Positions 53,571-64,000 of a stretch of 64,000 nucleotides of DNA are shown piece by piece. This DNA comes from the human T2T-CHM13v2.0 reference genome, Homo sapiens, in the NCBI RefSeq assembly GCF_009914755.1, contig NC_060933.1. The stretch is one strand, 5' to 3'. The position numbers were made by a program, and so were the translations under genes. The notes under the pieces were generated by a model. The model saw nothing but the letters and a program-made list of their open reading frames with translations. It did no database searches and had not been told where the DNA came from. Within the stretch, counting starts at the first letter, position 1. Each line of letters starts with the position of its first letter.

Positions 53571-55112
53571 TAGGCAGTTAAGTGGAGAACCAGGTTTCAA
53601 AATCAGGTAAGAAAACCATCATCATTAACTGAGCACCAGCTGTGCTAAGCCTGCCACGGGCGTATCCTTGCAGCCTCACAACAGTGGGAGGTCTGTATCC
53701 TGAATGTCCTCATTTTACAGATGAGGACATTGAGGAGAAGAGACTTACCCAGGCTCACACAGCAGCTCAGCCTGTTCCAGGCGCTGGTCAGTGCGTGTTC
53801 TTTGCCACCAGCCTGTCACTCCAGTGGCAGCTCCAGAAACGGAGGCTGTTGCTTTTATCCCTAAACTGCATCCACAGAGAAGCCCCAAGAAGGAGGTTGG
53901 GGCCAGCTCATAAAAAGCCTGAATGCCAAGCCAAGGAGTGGATGCCTCCAGTCATATTTAGAACAAAGTCAAGTATAAATTTACAGAGAAAAAATTCTAA
54001 GACAGTTGGATGTTGTCCTGTTGGTGAGGAAGGGAAAGGTTTTTCTTGTAGGGAACTGGAACCAGCCCACAACTGCACGCTTGTGAGCTGTCATGGAAAC
54101 CTGATCCCCAACAGCTTTTGAGGTTGTTTGTTTGTTTGTTTGTTTACCTGTCTTGGGCTTTGTTGCTTTTGGCAAAAGGTACTTCAAACAAGGGAGGGCC
54201 TGGACTGAGGGGGACCAGGTCTTCTTGCTGACCTCGTCTACAAAGGCAAAGGAAGGCAAAGGAAGCTGTCTCGGGTGTTTCTGAACAACGTGACTCATGA
54301 GGGGCTTTGGCTACCTCTTGCGTTCCCCCTAGAGATGTCCAGGCCTTACATTTAATCGGCTTTCTCTGCGGTGGGGTAGAGAATGGAGCTCCCGCCTTGC
54401 GGGCAGTGCTAAAGGTGGAGCTGGGGGATTTTCCTGGGAATGATTTGAGGGCTCTTGAAAGCCCATGTGTTCCAAAGCGTCTTTAACTCTGGGATAGCAT
54501 TGGAAGCCGCTGTCATGACAGGACATGGCACTGGATGGCTGGCAGAGAGCCCTGGCTGGGAGTTAGGGAGCCCTGGGTTGGAATCCAGCCCCACCTCTTT
54601 TATGCCACAGGTTTGGTCAAGTTCTCTCCCGCTCAGGGTAGGGCTGTGAACTCCCTCTTACAGCTAAGAACATGCAGCTTAGTGAGGACAAGACCCTTCT
54701 AGAGCTTTACCCCTAATCCCCCCCCAGGAGCCCCGAGGCCGGCATTATTCCTCCCCATTACAGGTGATGAGCCTCAAATTCAGAGAGCTTAAGCAACCTG
54801 CTCAGGGTCACGTCTCCAACAGGCAGTAGAGTCAAGGTATAAACCAGGTCTGTTTTTGTACCAGAGTCCCAGACTAACTGTTGGTAGGAATCTTGTAACC
54901 AGTCATGTTTTCTTCCTTGTTTTGGCCGCTGGGAAGCTCAAAGTCAAATTCGAGACCCTTTTTTTTCCAATTGTGCTGAGTCTCCTACTAGACTCGCTTC
55001 ATTCTAGCTTTCTGCTTTTACCTTTACCCTAATCTTTTTATTTTTATGCTATTGTACTTTATTTTTGTAAGTTGCTGAGATATCTGTTTTGCAACAAGAT
55101 GGGCTATATCTA

Positions 55113-55118
55113 AATAAA
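55113..55118 (+). terminator. OLFML2A polyadenylation signal
   Basis: AATAAA preceded by a U-rich tract with TGTA elements (~55053, ~55066) and followed by GT-containing sequence. Confidence 0.75.
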
Positions 55119-55220
55119 GACATGATCAAAGGTTTGATTTAAAAGTCTGGACTAAATGCTGTGGTCCATATCTTTATCAGAACACATACATTTAATAACT
55201 TTTAAAACAAATAATTTGTC

Positions 55221-57402
<2,182 letters not shown>

Positions 57403-57821
57403 TCAACTACTCATGGGTGGACTTGGATTAAGACCATCTCCACCCCCACATACACAGATGCACAGATGCCCACAGACACACTTGCTCAGCCAGACCTCCC
57501 TCCGCAGCCTCCCCCAGTGGGAGGCCAGATTTGGCAGACCTGGGCACTGTCCCTGTAGCCCCTGGCAATGATAGGGGTCCTGCTCTCCATAGACACACCA
57601 ACCAGAAACATAACAGCAATGCCACTCCACCACTGCAGTGGCCACTGGAGCCACATCCTTCTCACCCTGCACACACCCCTGGGGCTGACTCTAGTCCCAT
57701 GCAAGCCAAAATGGCTGGGCTTTGGGTGACCTGGATCATGACATCGCTCCTTGAGCCCTTCACCAGCCTGTCCCATCTGCTCCCCACTACCCCATTTTTC
57801 CTGGCTTAAGACCCCAGCCAG

Positions 57822-58367
<546 letters not shown>

Positions 58368-59806
58368 TGAGTTTACCTGCTTCACATCCATCTCCCCTCT
58401 GTGAGCTCTGTGAGAACAGACCTCGTTCCCCACTGTGTCAGCACCCAGGAGATTCTCAACGTATGTCCTCAGATAACCAACTGATGTATGTTGAAACCTT
58501 GGGCAAGTTCCTACATGAACTCCTGAGCCAGCCACCCTTGGCTCTGAAGCCATGGCCGCTGCACAAGCTACACTTCTTTCATTTATTTGTGCAGCAATAT
58601 TTGTTAAGTCAGGTTCCACACAGAAATCTCTAGAATGCCATCTCAGATCATGGAGGCTGGAGAGCAGACAGGATATTAACGGCGACTCTCTTCATCTTGC
58701 GGTTCTAGGAAAATGAGAAAACCCATCTTCAGAGAAAAACACCTGCCTAAAAACCCCCACCCCAGTCTGCAACTACAAAAAAAAGCTGTGGCCTTTCTCT
58801 TGTCTGTGGCAATAACACTCACAGCACTGGATATGGCAGGCACACGGCTGGCTGTGCCCTGATCCAGTGTTCAAGGCAAGCCTGTGGCCCACAGAGGCTG
58901 AGGCCATAGAGCTCTGTGGGCTCGGGGGCTGGACAGGCTTATCTCTGACCTTTATCATCCTGGCGGACAACATCACATGCCAAAAAAAGCAGTCACCGGG
59001 CGATTGTGAGTAAGCTCTTAGCCTGAGGCTCAGTGCACGGTGGGCGTTCAGGAAGTGGTGGCCACTGTCAGGGTTGTGACCAGGTGGTTCTCTGCTCAGA
59101 GCATCTGCTCTCTGTCCTGGCAGGTCTGCATGTCATGTGCTGTGGGCTGTGCACCATGACACATACCTTCCGTGTGCCAGGCTCAGAAGCACCATGTTCA
59201 GCAAGTCCCTTCCCTGCCCTTGAGAGCCTGCTGGGAGCAGGGAAGCCACACTCAACCACACCCTCTCGCTGAGCTTTACTGCTGGAAGAGTGGAGAGCCC
59301 GGGGCCTCCATGTGCCTTGCTAAGGAGTGTGGGCTGCTCCCGGAGCCACAGGAGCCATGGGAATCCGCACAGGAGCCACGGAGCGGCCCACACCTCCCAA
59401 CCAGCTTTGGATCAGGGCAAGGGAGCCTCCCCTGGTCACCTCAGGTGGTACAGTCCTCGAGAGGGCCCTCTCTGCTCTTTAGACTTTTTTCCTGCGACTT
59501 CAAGGTTCCAAATCTCCCCGTGGCCAGTGTGGGAAAGGAATGAGTAGGAACCATCTGCAGGAGCTACATCGTCCAAGCCTTTGCTCTAAGCCAGGTGTGG
59601 TGCTGATTCTTTATGGCACTATCTCATTGAATCCTCCCAGTAGCCCCATAAAATTGGTACCGTTGCTGCCCACATTTCACAAATGAGGAAACTGAGGCAC
59701 AGGCTGCTACAGTGTTTAAGGCCACCCACACAGCTGGAAGTGGCTGAGCTGCAGTGCCACCCTCTCAAAAAGCTGCACCAATCGTCCTCGACCTCAGCCC
59801 ACATAG

Positions 59807-60686
<880 letters not shown>

Positions 60687-61534
60687 TAAACGCTCCCCAG
60701 GAGATTGTGCCATGCATTCCAGGTAGAGGCCCCCTGCCCATCACCCTCCTGGCACTTGGAAGGAGCACCCCGCAGCTGGTGTGGACCCGGCATGGCAGGG
60801 CGAATCTGGGGGCTGATGCATGCACCACAAGTCAGAGAAAGAAGAGGTGTATCGGATCCCAGGCTGTACCCAGGAAAGCAACCTCTGGGTTGGCTGCCGC
60901 AGAAGAAGAAACCAAGAGAGCAGGCCCTAGCCTGGCGTGATAGCCTTTCCCCCCATGGGGTGTCTTTATGAGTGGGGGTGTTCCCAAGGCACAGAGCACA
61001 AAGGCTCCCTCTGGCCCCAGGCAGTGCCCAGACACTGCCCTGCCCACTCAGCCTACATCCGGGGCCAGCCCCTCAACCCCCCACATTCCTGCAGGGACCC
61101 CGTGAGGCAGGAACAGACAGGGCTTTCAGAATGCGCGCCTGCTGGTGGGATGAATTATCACCGAAAATTATCTGCCATGAGAGCCGGCTGGCATTTCACG
61201 TGCCAAAGGTTGGCTGGCCCCTCCCCGGCCCTGGCTGCTTGGCTCCAGGGCCCTCATTCCAATTTTGCAAGGACAGAAACTTTATTCTCTTCCATGAGAG
61301 GCCTCCGCCCCTCACCATCTGTGCAGATCTTCCCTCTCCCAGCTGCCCCTGACCCCCACTCAGGGCCGGAGCCTTCCTTCCTCATGGCTCAGCACCAGGA
61401 TGGATTAGACAAGGGTGATTCAAAAGTCAAGTTTCCCAGGTCTGTTTAAGCCACAGATTTTATTGATGGGGAAAGTCACTGCTACTAACATGTCCAGCCC
61501 AAATCTGTTGTAGTTTTTCTGCATGAGTCCCTGA

Positions 61535-62029
<495 letters not shown>

Positions 62030-62615
62030 CTAGCTTCCTCATTTGTAGAATGGGAGTGACAACCTTGATCTCCCAGGAACATTGTGAGGTTAAAATGAGG
62101 TCATGGACATGAAAAAAGTCCATAAATGGGAACATAGAAGGCACTTGGAAAAATGAGGCAGGATGCAACGTACATGATATCAAAGACTGACTTAGGGCAT
62201 CACCCTCGGTCTGACCTTCAGCATCTCAGGTTGGGGTAAACCCAGAGTGAATTGTTAGCAAGCACAGGGATATCTTCACAAGTGATGCCTCTCCTTTGTC
62301 CAGAAAGAGCAAATTTCATTCATCCATGTGTCTACTCAGGTTGTTTAGTAGTGACTATCTATGTGAGCTGCCCAGTGCAAACAAGGACTCAGCGATTAGC
62401 AATGTCTGCTGAGAATAAGAAATTAGAGTGGTGGAATGTATGCTACATTTTGCCATTTCTATTATAGAAAGTATTATGTCTAAATAATACTTCCACTCTA
62501 GCTCTTACCTGGATTTGTTGACAGCCTCCACACTGATCTTTCTGTTTCTTATATCTTCCCATCCTTTGACCCTCAACTTCCACTGCTGGAGTGAATTTTC
62601 TGAAATAAAAATCTG

Positions 62616-63740
<1,125 letters not shown>

Positions 63741-64000
63741 ACCCTTTTACTCCATTACCTGTCACCACCCCAAGGTTCCCCGCATTGTTCTGAGGATCAA
63801 ATCCGGCTCCCATGGGTGAAAATCAAGGCCTCCATTAACGTTCCCAGTCTCATTTATGGCTACTCACTTCCAAACATCTCAACCTCGAACTCCATTAATC
63901 TGAGGATCTTCAAGAACCAAGATGTGAGGATTGGAAGCAGCTCGGAAAGTTAAACTGAGAACCTTGTTCTTGATGCACAAGACCAGATCAAGATCAGAGG

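Overview
Mammalian, Alu-rich genomic DNA. I recognise it from the encoded proteins as the human NR6A1-OLFML2A locus (9q33.3). The left part is AT-rich intron 1 plus exon 1 and the CpG-island promoter of NR6A1 (GCNF, minus strand; 100 coding nt giving MERDEPPPSGGGGGGGSAGFLEPPAALPPPPRN-G). Head-to-head with it is the complete OLFML2A gene on the plus strand. Its 8 coding exons all have GT-AG junctions and sum to 1959 nt (652 aa + stop): signal peptide, two CxCxC-x9-C motifs, coiled coil, Thr/Pro linker and olfactomedin domain. A ~4.5 kb 3'UTR ends at an AATAAA at 55113. The rest is about 55 Alus, MIR/L2/L1 relics, hAT DNA transposons, solo LTRs, a CA microsatellite and a ~35-bp VNTR. Nearly all ORFs in the supplied track are Alu-derived or GC-rich noise. 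I see no new gene or prokaryote-style system. The best leads are regulatory or structural: a perfect non-Alu DR2 retinoic-acid element packed against posterior-HOX/CDX motifs in NR6A1 intron 1; a strong-Kozak uORF just before the NR6A1 start; an octamer-TATA divergent promoter and a CTCF site between the genes; an internal OLFML2A first exon that would give a signal-less isoform; inverted Alus bracketing frame-symmetric exons; and two templated insertions inside Alus. All are motif-level observations and untested.
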